This document shows, piece after piece, positions 1 through 7,926 of a DNA stretch of 64,000 bases. Position 1 is the first letter of the stretch; each line of letters begins with the position of its first letter. Source of the DNA: an uncultured Gemmatimonadota bacterium. Its GTDB lineage: Bacteria; JAAXHH01. The notes below the pieces were generated by a model that saw only the letters and a list, made by a program, of their open reading frames with translations, did no database searches and had not been told where the DNA came from. The position numbers and the translations under genes were made by a program. The stretch covers positions 1,504,001 to 1,568,000 of the forward strand of contig OX638340.1 in the NCBI GenBank assembly GCA_951812955.1. The letters are read 5' to 3'.

Positions 1-268
1 CCGCACCGGCCTGGACCCCGCCCTGTTCGTGGAGGTCGATCCACGCTTCCACGGACTGGCCCGTCTCGCGTATATACGGCGCGATGGTTTCCAGGGTGCG
101 AAGGAAGGGACTGACGAAGATGCGGGTCGGACGGATGTGGCGGATGCGGTTCACGAGGTATTCCGCCTGACGGTATCCGAGCGCGGACAGGGTGGGATCA
201 TCGGTGCGTTCTTCCTGCGGCCGGGCGTTGTTCTCGGATTCCGCGTGGCGGATGATGTAAAGTTCCAT
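1..268 (-). CDS. Histidine phosphatase (phosphoglycerate-mutase-like) family protein, partial: start codon at 268, C-terminus beyond the window start
   Basis: Manual minus-strand translation from the ATG (revcomp of 266-268) gives MELYIIRHAESENNARPQEERTDDPTLSALGYRQAEYLVNRIRHIRPTRIFVSPFLRTLETIAPYIRETG. It carries the RHxE(S/T) catalytic motif and the SPLxRTxET motif of the histidine phosphatase superfamily. Track ORFs 29..313(+) and 151..426(-) are other frames of the same DNA. Confidence 0.6.
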   Translation of the reverse strand, partial: MELYIIRHAESENNARPQEERTDDPTLSALGYRQAEYLVNRIRHIRPTRIFVSPFLRTLETIAPYIRETGQSVEAWIDLHEQGGVQAGA

Positions 269-455
269 TGGGTCGGGCAGTCTTTCTCCTGGCCGGTTGC
301 CGGCTGCGGTTGAAGGGTCGAGGACGGCGCCGCTGCGTGCCCTGAAGCGACGCGTTTCCGGCACGTCGAACTCGCTATCCGCGCATACATCCGCGTGCCG
401 TCCTCCTGAACCTCCGTAAGGTACATTCCAGGTCCCTGCGTTCAAAGGAAAACGT

Positions 456-484
456 TTGACAGGCCTGCTGCTGCGGGTTAAGGT
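456..484 (+). promoter_or_regulatory. Candidate sigma70-like promoter (TTGACA, 17-nt spacer, TAAGGT) upstream of the ABC transporter operon
   Basis: TTGACA at 456-461, 17-nt spacer, TAAGGT at 479-484, about 57 nt upstream of the ATG at 541. Found by consensus matching only. Confidence 0.3.
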
Positions 485-540
485 TTGCTTTCGCGTCTAA
501 ACGGTTCGAACGGCCCGAATGGTCGGGCAGATCCGAACAG

Positions 541-1677
541 TTGGCACCTCTACAGGAGCGCGCTCAGATGGACGGGTCCGATCGGCCCTATGTCGAATAC
601 CGCAAGGTCAGCAAGAGCTACGACGGAAAGTCCACTGTAGTCGACGGCGTGGACCTGGACATCCGCAAGGGAGAGTTCCTGACCCTCCTGGGGCCTTCCG
701 GTTCGGGCAAGACCACCTGCCTCATGATGCTGGCCGGCTTCGAGTCGCTTACCTCCGGCGAAATCCGCGTGAACGGCCGCTCCATCCAGAATCTGCCGCC
801 CCGCAAACGCGGTATCGGCATGGTGTTCCAGAACTACGCCCTCTTCCCCCACATGACGGTAGGGGACAATCTCGCCTTCCCACTCGAGGTCCGCGGCGTG
901 GACCGCAAGGCGTGCCGCGACCGGGTGGAACGCGCCCTGCAACTGGTCCGCCTCGAAGGTTACGAAGACCGGCGCCCCAGTCAGTTGTCCGGGGGGCAGC
1001 AGCAGCGCGTGGCCATTGCCCGCGCCCTGGTATTCGATCCAGAACTGGTGCTCATGGACGAACCCCTCGGCGCTTTGGACCGCCGGCTCCGCGAGGAGAT
1101 GCAGTACGAGATCCGCCGGATCCACAAGACGCTGGGCGTCACGGTCGTTTACGTCACCCACGACCAACAGGAAGCCATGGTCATGTCGGACCGCATCGCC
1201 GTGCTCCGCGACGGCAGAATCGAACAGGTGGCCGATCCCGAGACGCTCTACGAGGAGCCGCAGCGTTCCTTCGTGGCCCGATTCATAGGGGAGAACAACC
1301 GCCTGCACGGCAAGGTACTGAACGTGGACGGCGAGATCTGCGAAGTGGACGTGGACGGCGAGGTCGTCCGGGCGATCCGCATCGCGCCCTGCCAGGCCGG
1401 CGACCCGACTACGCTTTCCATACGCCCGGAGCGTGTGGCGGTCACCCCGGAACCCGGTCTGTACACCAACGAACTGGACGCCCTGATCGAAGACATCACG
1501 TTCCTCGGCGACTACCTGCGAATACACGTTTCGGTGTGCGGCACGTCGGACTTCGTCATCAAGATACCCAATATCGTCGGACACGGCGCCCTGCTGGCAG
1601 GCGATCGGATCCGCATCGGCTGGACGCCGACCGACTGCCGGGTGCTCGACCCGGAAACAGAAGGAGAAGTGGTATGA
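541..1677 (+). CDS. ABC transporter ATP-binding protein, PotA/PhnT-like, with a C-terminal TOBE domain
   Basis: Walker A is LLGPSGSGKTT, the ABC signature is LSGGQQQRVAIARAL, and Walker B is LVLMDEPLGALD. About 120 aa of TOBE-like C-terminal domain follow. The alternative start is M at 568. Confidence 0.9.
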   Translation: MAPLQERAQMDGSDRPYVEYRKVSKSYDGKSTVVDGVDLDIRKGEFLTLLGPSGSGKTTCLMMLAGFESLTSGEIRVNGRSIQNLPPRKRGIGMVFQNYALFPHMTVGDNLAFPLEVRGVDRKACRDRVERALQLVRLEGYEDRRPSQLSGGQQQRVAIARALVFDPELVLMDEPLGALDRRLREEMQYEIRRIHKTLGVTVVYVTHDQQEAMVMSDRIAVLRDGRIEQVADPETLYEEPQRSFVARFIGENNRLHGKVLNVDGEICEVDVDGEVVRAIRIAPCQAGDPTTLSIRPERVAVTPEPGLYTNELDALIEDITFLGDYLRIHVSVCGTSDFVIKIPNIVGHGALLAGDRIRIGWTPTDCRVLDPETEGEVV

Positions 1678-2777
1678 CGAGAAAGACATCCATGCGCCGT
1701 ATCCTGGTACCTGGCCTGGCCGCACTGGTCCTGCTGCTTGGCGGACGCGCCGCCGCGCAGGATCAATCGCTGACGCTGGTCAGCTGGGGTGGCGCATACA
1801 CCCGCGCCTGCGTGAACGGATATATCGAACGTTTCGAACAGGAAACCGGGATTGACGTTAAGATCGAAGATTATAATGGCGGCCTGGCGCAGATACGTGC
1901 CCAGGTCGACGTGGGCAACGTGTACTGGGACGTCGTCGACATGGAACTCCCCGACATGGTTCGAGGCTGCGACGAGGGTCTCCTCGCCCCGATCGACATC
2001 GATGAAATGGCCCCCGGCGCCGACGGAACCCCGGCGGCGGACGATCTGCCCGAAGACGGGATCACGGAATGCGGTCCGACCAACATATACTATTCGACGG
2101 TCGTCGTGTACAACGACGGGCGGATCGGAGCAACGAAACCCACCACCATCGCCGATTTCTTCGACCTGGAGAAGTTTCCGGGCAGGCGGGGCATGCGCCG
2201 CTCCCCGCTGGCCAATCTCGAGTTCGCCCTGATGGCCGACGGCGTGCCGCTGGACCAGGTCTACGCCACGCTGGATACGGAAGCGGGCGTCGGCCGGGCT
2301 TTTCGTAAGCTGGATACCATCAAAGACCAGATCGTCTGGTGGGAAGCGGGAGCGCAGCCGCCCCAGATGCTGGCCGACGGCGAAGTGGTCATGACTACGG
2401 CGTACAACGGACGGATTTTCAACGCCCAGAACCTGGAAGGACAGCCCTTCGTCATTGTATGGGACGGCCAGTTGCTTGATACGGGGGGTGTCGTCATTGT
2501 TGAAGGCACGAGGAACCTGGAGGCCGCGAAGATGTTCGTCCGTTTCGCCAATACCGCGCGGGCCATGGCCGGTGTCGGCCGGTATATCTCCTACAGTCCC
2601 ACGCGCCGTTCCGCCATGCCCTTGATCTCGACACACGCCGAAACCGGCATCGATATGAGTCCCCACATGCCGACCAGCCCCGAAAATGCGGCCCGCGCCC
2701 TGCACAACGACTGGGAATGGTGGAGCGACAACGGCGAAGAAATGAACGAGCGTTTCAGCACGTGGCTGGCACGGTGA
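1674..2777 (+). CDS. Periplasmic substrate-binding protein of the ABC importer (family 1 solute-binding protein, PotD/PotF-like)
   Basis: The in-frame ATG at 1674 overlaps the upstream stop (ATGA). The N-terminus MTRKTSMRRILVPGLAALVLLLGGRAAAQ is a signal peptide. The protein is about 367 aa. Track ORF 519..2777 is the same frame extended upstream through the ATPase gene and is not real upstream of 1674. A ~75%-identical paralogue lies at 44096..45196. Confidence 0.85.
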   Translation: MTRKTSMRRILVPGLAALVLLLGGRAAAQDQSLTLVSWGGAYTRACVNGYIERFEQETGIDVKIEDYNGGLAQIRAQVDVGNVYWDVVDMELPDMVRGCDEGLLAPIDIDEMAPGADGTPAADDLPEDGITECGPTNIYYSTVVVYNDGRIGATKPTTIADFFDLEKFPGRRGMRRSPLANLEFALMADGVPLDQVYATLDTEAGVGRAFRKLDTIKDQIVWWEAGAQPPQMLADGEVVMTTAYNGRIFNAQNLEGQPFVIVWDGQLLDTGGVVIVEGTRNLEAAKMFVRFANTARAMAGVGRYISYSPTRRSAMPLISTHAETGIDMSPHMPTSPENAARALHNDWEWWSDNGEEMNERFSTWLAR

Positions 2778-2804
2778 ACGTAACGGATACGGAAACTTCT
2801 CTCG

Positions 2805-4025
2805 ATGAGCGAGAATCCTGAGCAACAGATCGGACGCCTCAAGCCCGGTCCCCGGCTGCGCGCTGCGTTGCTGGTGCTGCCGCTCATGGCCTTCATCGGG
2901 GTGACCTTCCTCGCGCCCCTGGCGAACATGCTCGTCCGCAGCGTCTACGACCCGGTGGTCGCCGACGCGCTCCCGGAGACGCTTGAAAGACTGCGCGCCT
3001 GGGACGGTCAGGGTCTCCCCGGCGAAGCTGCCTATGAAGCACTGGCAGGTGAACTGCTGAAAGCCCGGGAGGACCGCAAACTCGGCCAGGTCGCCACGCG
3101 GCTCAACCGGGTGCAGAGCGGATTGCGCAGCGTGCTCACGCGCAGCGCCCGGAGGCTGAGGAACGTCGACGAAGGTCCGTGGTCCGGTGCCATGATGAAC
3201 ATCCACGCGGCCTGGGGAGAAACCGGGACCTGGCGCGCGTTGCGCGAGGCCGGGGAACGTTACACTTCACGCCACTACCTGAACGCGCTCGATCTGCAGC
3301 GCGATTCCGGCGGGTCCATCGTCCCCCAGCCGGAAGACCGGCGGATCTACCTCACCCTTTTCTGGCGGACCCTGCTCGTGAGCCTGGGGGTGACCGCCCT
3401 CTGCCTTCTCATCGGCTACCCCGTCGCCCGCCTGATCGCCCACGCCCCGCCAAAAAGGGCCTACCTGCTCCTGATCCTCGTCCTCGTGCCCTTCTGGACC
3501 TCCTTGCTCGTGCGCACGACTTCGTGGATCGTGCTCTTGCAGAACCAGGGCGTCCTCAATGACATGCTCGTATTCCTGGGCATCATCGGCGACGACGGCC
3601 GGATCGCCATGATCTACAACATGACCGGTACCTTCGTGGCCATGACCCACGTGCTGCTTCCCTTCATGGTGCTGCCGCTCTACTCGGTCATGAGCGCCAT
3701 TCCACGAGTGCAGACGAGTGCGGCAGAGTCGCTGGGCGCTACCCCGTGGCAGTCGTTCTGGCGCGTGTACTGGCCCCAGACTTTGCCCGGCGTAGGCGCC
3801 GGTTCCCTACTCGTATTCATCCTCGCCATCGGGTATTACATCACGCCGGCCCTGGTGGGCGGCAGCACGGGACAACTTATCTCCAACATGATCGCCTTCC
3901 ACATGCAGTCGTCTCTCAACTGGAGTCTCGCGGCGGCGCTGGGCGGCATCCTGCTGGTGTGCGTGGCGGGGTTGTACGTGCTATACGACCGGCTCGTGGG
4001 CATCGAACGGATGAGGCTGGGCTGA
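2805..4025 (+). CDS. ABC transporter permease (PotB-like), with a large periplasmic loop after TM1
   Basis: Multiple hydrophobic TM segments are present, and the binding-protein-dependent transport signature region is in the C-terminal half (…ESLGATPWQSFWRVYWPQTLPG…). The gene follows the SBP gene in the operon. Confidence 0.85.
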   Translation: MSENPEQQIGRLKPGPRLRAALLVLPLMAFIGVTFLAPLANMLVRSVYDPVVADALPETLERLRAWDGQGLPGEAAYEALAGELLKAREDRKLGQVATRLNRVQSGLRSVLTRSARRLRNVDEGPWSGAMMNIHAAWGETGTWRALREAGERYTSRHYLNALDLQRDSGGSIVPQPEDRRIYLTLFWRTLLVSLGVTALCLLIGYPVARLIAHAPPKRAYLLLILVLVPFWTSLLVRTTSWIVLLQNQGVLNDMLVFLGIIGDDGRIAMIYNMTGTFVAMTHVLLPFMVLPLYSVMSAIPRVQTSAAESLGATPWQSFWRVYWPQTLPGVGAGSLLVFILAIGYYITPALVGGSTGQLISNMIAFHMQSSLNWSLAAALGGILLVCVAGLYVLYDRLVGIERMRLG

Positions 4026-4840
4026 TGACGACGACCGAACATGGATTCTGGCATATCGCGTACCTCGGATTCTGCGCGCTCGTCTTCGCCTTCCTGATCG
4101 CGCCGATCCTGGTGATCGTGCCGCTGAGTTTCAACGCCGAACCCTATTTCACCTTCACCGACGGCATGCTCCGCTTCGAAGCCGACGCATGGTCTCTTAG
4201 GTGGTACCGGCAGATCGTAGAGGACGAGGAGTGGTCGCGGGCCCTGGTCAACAGCCTGGTCATTGGAATCTCCGCCACGGTCCTCGCCACGGCCCTCGGC
4301 ACGCTCGCCGCGCTGGGCCTATCGAGCCCGGCCATGCCGGGCCGCCGTTTCGCCACGGGGCTGCTGATCTCGCCCATGGTAACGCCCGTGATCATCTCGG
4401 CGGCGGGTATGTTCTTCTTCTACTCGAACCTGGGCCTGGCGCAGACCCACATCGGGTTGATCCTCGCCCACGCCGCCCTGGGCACGCCCTTCGTCGTGAT
4501 CACGGTCACCGCCACGCTCGCCGGTTACGACGCGAACCTTTCGCGGGCGGCCGCCAGCATGGGCGCGGGTCCATTACGGATTTTCCACCGCGTCCAGCTC
4601 CCACTCATCGCACCGGGGGTCGTCTCCGGGGCGATCTTCGCTTTCGCCGCTTCCTTCGACGAGGTCGTCGTGGTGCTCTTCATGGGCGGGATCGAGCAGC
4701 GCACGATACCGCGCCAGATGTGGTCGGGTATCCGCGAGGAGATCAGCCCCGCCATCCTGGCCGTGGCCGTCTTCCTCATCGTCTTCGCCGTGCTTTTCCT
4801 GTTGACCGTGGAGTGGCTGCGCCGGCGAAATGCAAGGTAG
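4025..4840 (+). CDS. ABC transporter permease (PotC-like)
   Basis: The in-frame ATG at 4025 overlaps the stop of the preceding permease (ATGA). The product MTTTEHGFWHIAYLGFCALVFAFLIAPILVIV… is about 271 aa with 6 predicted TM helices. The EAA-like loop is SRAAASMGAGPLRIFHRVQLP. Track ORF 3746..4840 over-extends the N-terminus. Confidence 0.85.
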   Translation: MTTTEHGFWHIAYLGFCALVFAFLIAPILVIVPLSFNAEPYFTFTDGMLRFEADAWSLRWYRQIVEDEEWSRALVNSLVIGISATVLATALGTLAALGLSSPAMPGRRFATGLLISPMVTPVIISAAGMFFFYSNLGLAQTHIGLILAHAALGTPFVVITVTATLAGYDANLSRAAASMGAGPLRIFHRVQLPLIAPGVVSGAIFAFAASFDEVVVVLFMGGIEQRTIPRQMWSGIREEISPAILAVAVFLIVFAVLFLLTVEWLRRRNAR

Positions 4841-4995
4841 GAACGCAGTTGGCAGGTACGTGGGAAAACCTGGCCGGAGCCGGACGATTGCCGAAAAAAG
4901 GTAGGACCTTCGCGGGCAGATTCGAAGGCCGGTTGACCGGTGTGCTGTGCATACCGGTTGGCCGGCATTCGCGTACCCGCTCCGCGGGAAGGCGC

Positions 4996-6099
4996 TCAGC
5001 CCGCTTCCGTGCCGTTCATATATTCGTTCAGCAGAGAATGGAAGTGGTGCACGCCGTTCTCCCGCTTCACGGAAAACCGGCCCTGGTTGTATGACACGGA
5101 CTGTAATCCGCGCTGGACGTGCTCGCAGATGAAGATGTCCTCTTCCTGGATCTCATCGCCGAAATCCACCAGGTTGTCCACGTCCTGCTCCATATCGGGC
5201 GACAGGTACCATTCGAAAATGGTCAGGCAGCGTTCGTGTCCCAGGGGAACCACCAGGTTGGTCTGCATCTGACCCAGGTAGATGTTGAGCATGAGCGTGG
5301 GGAAAACCCAATAGTACTGCGTGTCGTTCTGGTCCTGTTCCGTCGGCAAGTACCGGCGCGGTCCCTTGTAGCCCTTCTTTTCCCTGGGGAGTATCGGCGC
5401 GTGCTGGATGGAATAGTACCGAAACGGCTCCACCCGGTAGGCGTCGTAGTCGATTTCCCGGTACAGGCCGGGATGCACGACCGGCAGGTGATAGCCTTCC
5501 AGGTAATTGTCCACGTACACCTTCCAATTGCAGTTCATCTCGTAATCCCGGCGCTTGACCCACCGCATCTCGCCGATGCGGTGACCGGCGGCCCGTTTTT
5601 CGATATCGCCCAGAAAAGCCTCCAGAGGCGGCGCAGTCTCGTCCAGGTTGACGAACAGCAGCGGACCCCACTGGCTCACGCGTACCGGTTCGAGCGCCAT
5701 GGCGCAGCGGTCCAGGGCCTGTACCTCTTCGAACTCGGGCGCGTGGCGCAACGAGCCGTCCAGGTTGTAGGTCCAGCCATGATAGTAGCACACGAAGGTC
5801 CGGCGGTTCCCCTGCTCAAGGGCCACGGGACCTGCTCGGTGCTTGCACACGTTGAAGAATCCACGGACCACGTCGTCGGCCCCGCGGGCGATGACTACGG
5901 GTTCACCGGCCACGTCCACCGTGAAGTAATCCCCGATGCGGGCTACCTGGTCGGCCCGTCCCACGAGCTGCCAGGTCTTCCCAAAGACTTCCCTGTACTC
6001 CCGCCGCAGGAAGTCCGGGTCGGTGTACCAGGAAGAGGGAATCGTCCAGGCGGACTCGATGTTCTGGTCGAACGGATGGTCGGTCATTTCGTAGTCCAA
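4996..6099 (-). CDS. Rieske [2Fe-2S] non-heme iron oxygenase alpha subunit (ring-hydroxylating / N-demethylating oxygenase family; GbcA/CntA/choline-monooxygenase-like)
   Basis: The Rieske motif is CKHRAGP…(17 aa)…CYYHGW. The mononuclear-iron motif region is NWKVYVDNYLEGYHLPVVHPGL. The length of 367 aa is typical of the short alpha-only clade. Confidence 0.85.
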   Translation of the reverse strand: MDYEMTDHPFDQNIESAWTIPSSWYTDPDFLRREYREVFGKTWQLVGRADQVARIGDYFTVDVAGEPVVIARGADDVVRGFFNVCKHRAGPVALEQGNRRTFVCYYHGWTYNLDGSLRHAPEFEEVQALDRCAMALEPVRVSQWGPLLFVNLDETAPPLEAFLGDIEKRAAGHRIGEMRWVKRRDYEMNCNWKVYVDNYLEGYHLPVVHPGLYREIDYDAYRVEPFRYYSIQHAPILPREKKGYKGPRRYLPTEQDQNDTQYYWVFPTLMLNIYLGQMQTNLVVPLGHERCLTIFEWYLSPDMEQDVDNLVDFGDEIQEEDIFICEHVQRGLQSVSYNQGRFSVKRENGVHHFHSLLNEYMNGTEAG

Positions 6100-6246
6100 T
6101 TACTGGTGTGCAGATCAAAACGAATCACTTTAAATGTAACGCATATGCCATGACTTGAATACTCCAGAATCCGTGGTCAGCTCCAGATTCCGTAGCCTAC
6201 TCCGGTTTCCATAGCCTATCCCTGTTGCCGAGCCTACGCTCGCAGT

Positions 6247-7752
6247 TCATTCCCACCCTTCCTCCAAGGCCTCGGTCCCGAACCGTTCGATTGCTTCCAG
6301 CGTCTCACGCACGTCAACCCAGGTCGTGTTGTGATTGATGATGCATAGCCTGAGAGAGAACGTCTCACTCAAAGTCGTCGAGGACATGAGGGCACGGTCT
6401 TCCCAGAATACACGGGCGAGCATCTGCTGGTTGAGCTTAGCCAGGTAGTCTTCATCAAGACTGGAGTCCGATCCCTCATTTGCGGGATTCACTCTGAAGC
6501 ATACGATCCCCAGCGACGCAGGATTCAACGATTCAAGCACGGAACTCTGGTCTATATAGGCCTCGGCCCGTGCGGCGAGTTCCATGCCATTGGACACGGC
6601 GTCTCGAAAGGCGGCCATTCCGAACGTCTGTACCGACATCCAGATTTTGAGTGCCCTGGCCGAGCGACTGAGCTGCAGGCCGCGGTCTGAAAAACTCGGG
6701 TGATTGGCGCCCCAGATCGTATCCTGCAGCACGTCCTGGTGGACCTGGAAAACGTGCTCAAGCTTGCCGACATCCTTCAACAGCAAGCAACCCGCTTCGT
6801 AGGGCTGGAAGAACCACTTGTGCGCGTCCAGGTTTATCGAATCCGCGCGCTCAATGCCGCGGAGCAGCGCTTTTCCCTTCTCCGATACCACGGCGAATCC
6901 GCCGTAGGCGGCATCGGCATGCATCCAGAGCCCTTCCGCCTGACAGAAATCCGCCACGGCTTCGAGCGGGTCTATTGCCCCGGTACTGGGCGCACCCGCG
7001 TTCGCGCAAATGATGATGGGCTCCAGCCCCGCGGCACGGTCTTCTGCCACTGCGCGTACGAGCGCGTCCATATCAAGACGGAAGTGCTGGTCGGTGGGAA
7101 TAAGTCTGATGTACTCGGCCCTGATCCCGATGATCCTGGCGGCGCGGACCTGTGCCTTGTGACTCTGGTTGCTCATGTAAACGGTACCGCGCTCCGGGTT
7201 TCCTGCCGCTTCACGGGCTGCTACGAAAGCATCGAGAATCGCGGCGGAGCCCCCGCTTGTCAACAGCCCACCCGCGTCGTCCGGATAGCCGATCCAGCGC
7301 CGGATCCAGTCGATCACCACCAGTTCGACCTCGCTCGGACCGCTCGCGCAAAGCCAGTTGCAGGTGTTGAAGTTGTACCCCGCGGCCATGAAGTCCGCCA
7401 GGATTCCGGGCCAGGTGGGCGAAGACGGAATGAAGGCAAAGGACCGTGGATGATCGAGTCGCGCGGCATTTGGCAGTATGTCCCGCGTGGCCTGATCTAT
7501 GACTTCATCCGCCGGGCGGCCCTCCTCGGGCGGTTCCTCCTTGAGTTTGACCTCGAGCGGCTGCTGGAAGTCCCCGTCCCATGCGAGGTCTTCCGGCAGG
7601 TTTTCCATGCGTTTCACCAGGATTTCAGCAGCCTTCTTCGCAAGATCGAGCATGTCCTCAGGCGACATCTGAAGGGCGACCGATTTCTGTTTTCCGGAAT
7701 CCTGGTTACCGCCAGTTCTTTCTAATCGGCCACCGTTCATATTATTGCCCAT
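6247..7752 (-). CDS. Group II pyridoxal-phosphate-dependent decarboxylase (aromatic-L-amino-acid / diaminobutyrate / sulfinoalanine decarboxylase-like)
   Basis: The PLP-lysine motif is NLDAHKWFFQPYEAGCLL. The rest of the DDC-fold pattern is present (…NFNTCNWLCASGPSEVELVVIDWI…SGGSAAILDAFVAARE…). The length is 501 aa. Confidence 0.8.
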   Translation of the reverse strand: MGNNMNGGRLERTGGNQDSGKQKSVALQMSPEDMLDLAKKAAEILVKRMENLPEDLAWDGDFQQPLEVKLKEEPPEEGRPADEVIDQATRDILPNAARLDHPRSFAFIPSSPTWPGILADFMAAGYNFNTCNWLCASGPSEVELVVIDWIRRWIGYPDDAGGLLTSGGSAAILDAFVAAREAAGNPERGTVYMSNQSHKAQVRAARIIGIRAEYIRLIPTDQHFRLDMDALVRAVAEDRAAGLEPIIICANAGAPSTGAIDPLEAVADFCQAEGLWMHADAAYGGFAVVSEKGKALLRGIERADSINLDAHKWFFQPYEAGCLLLKDVGKLEHVFQVHQDVLQDTIWGANHPSFSDRGLQLSRSARALKIWMSVQTFGMAAFRDAVSNGMELAARAEAYIDQSSVLESLNPASLGIVCFRVNPANEGSDSSLDEDYLAKLNQQMLARVFWEDRALMSSTTLSETFSLRLCIINHNTTWVDVRETLEAIERFGTEALEEGWE

Positions 7753-7926
7753 TTCATGGTACTTTTTAAGACCATGGTTTCTATCACTTACGAATAGATT
7801 GCGTTTTCAGGCTATCTCCGAAGATTCGTCTGCGCTTGAATGGTTTTGTATCACCGCTCCCTTCTCCGCGTCGTCATATACACCGGACCGCACCTGGTAA
7901 AGTGACGGAAATCCCATTGCAACGGG

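Noticed and set aside
29-426. Track ORFs 29..313(+) and 151..426(-)
   Set aside because: Neither has a recognisable family. A third frame on the minus strand, starting at ATG 268, gives a clean histidine-phosphatase N-terminus (RHAES…SPFLRTLETIAP), so these two are shadow frames.
519-2777. 752-aa plus-strand ORF spanning the ATPase gene in another frame
   Set aside because: Upstream of 1674 the translation is Arg/Pro/Gly-rich nonsense typical of off-frame high-GC DNA. The real SBP starts at the in-frame ATG at 1674, with a signal peptide, overlapping the ATPase stop.
1512-3206. 564-aa minus-strand ORF antisense to the SBP and permease genes
   Set aside because: It is an antisense shadow ORF in high-GC coding DNA. 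It is low-complexity with no motifs.
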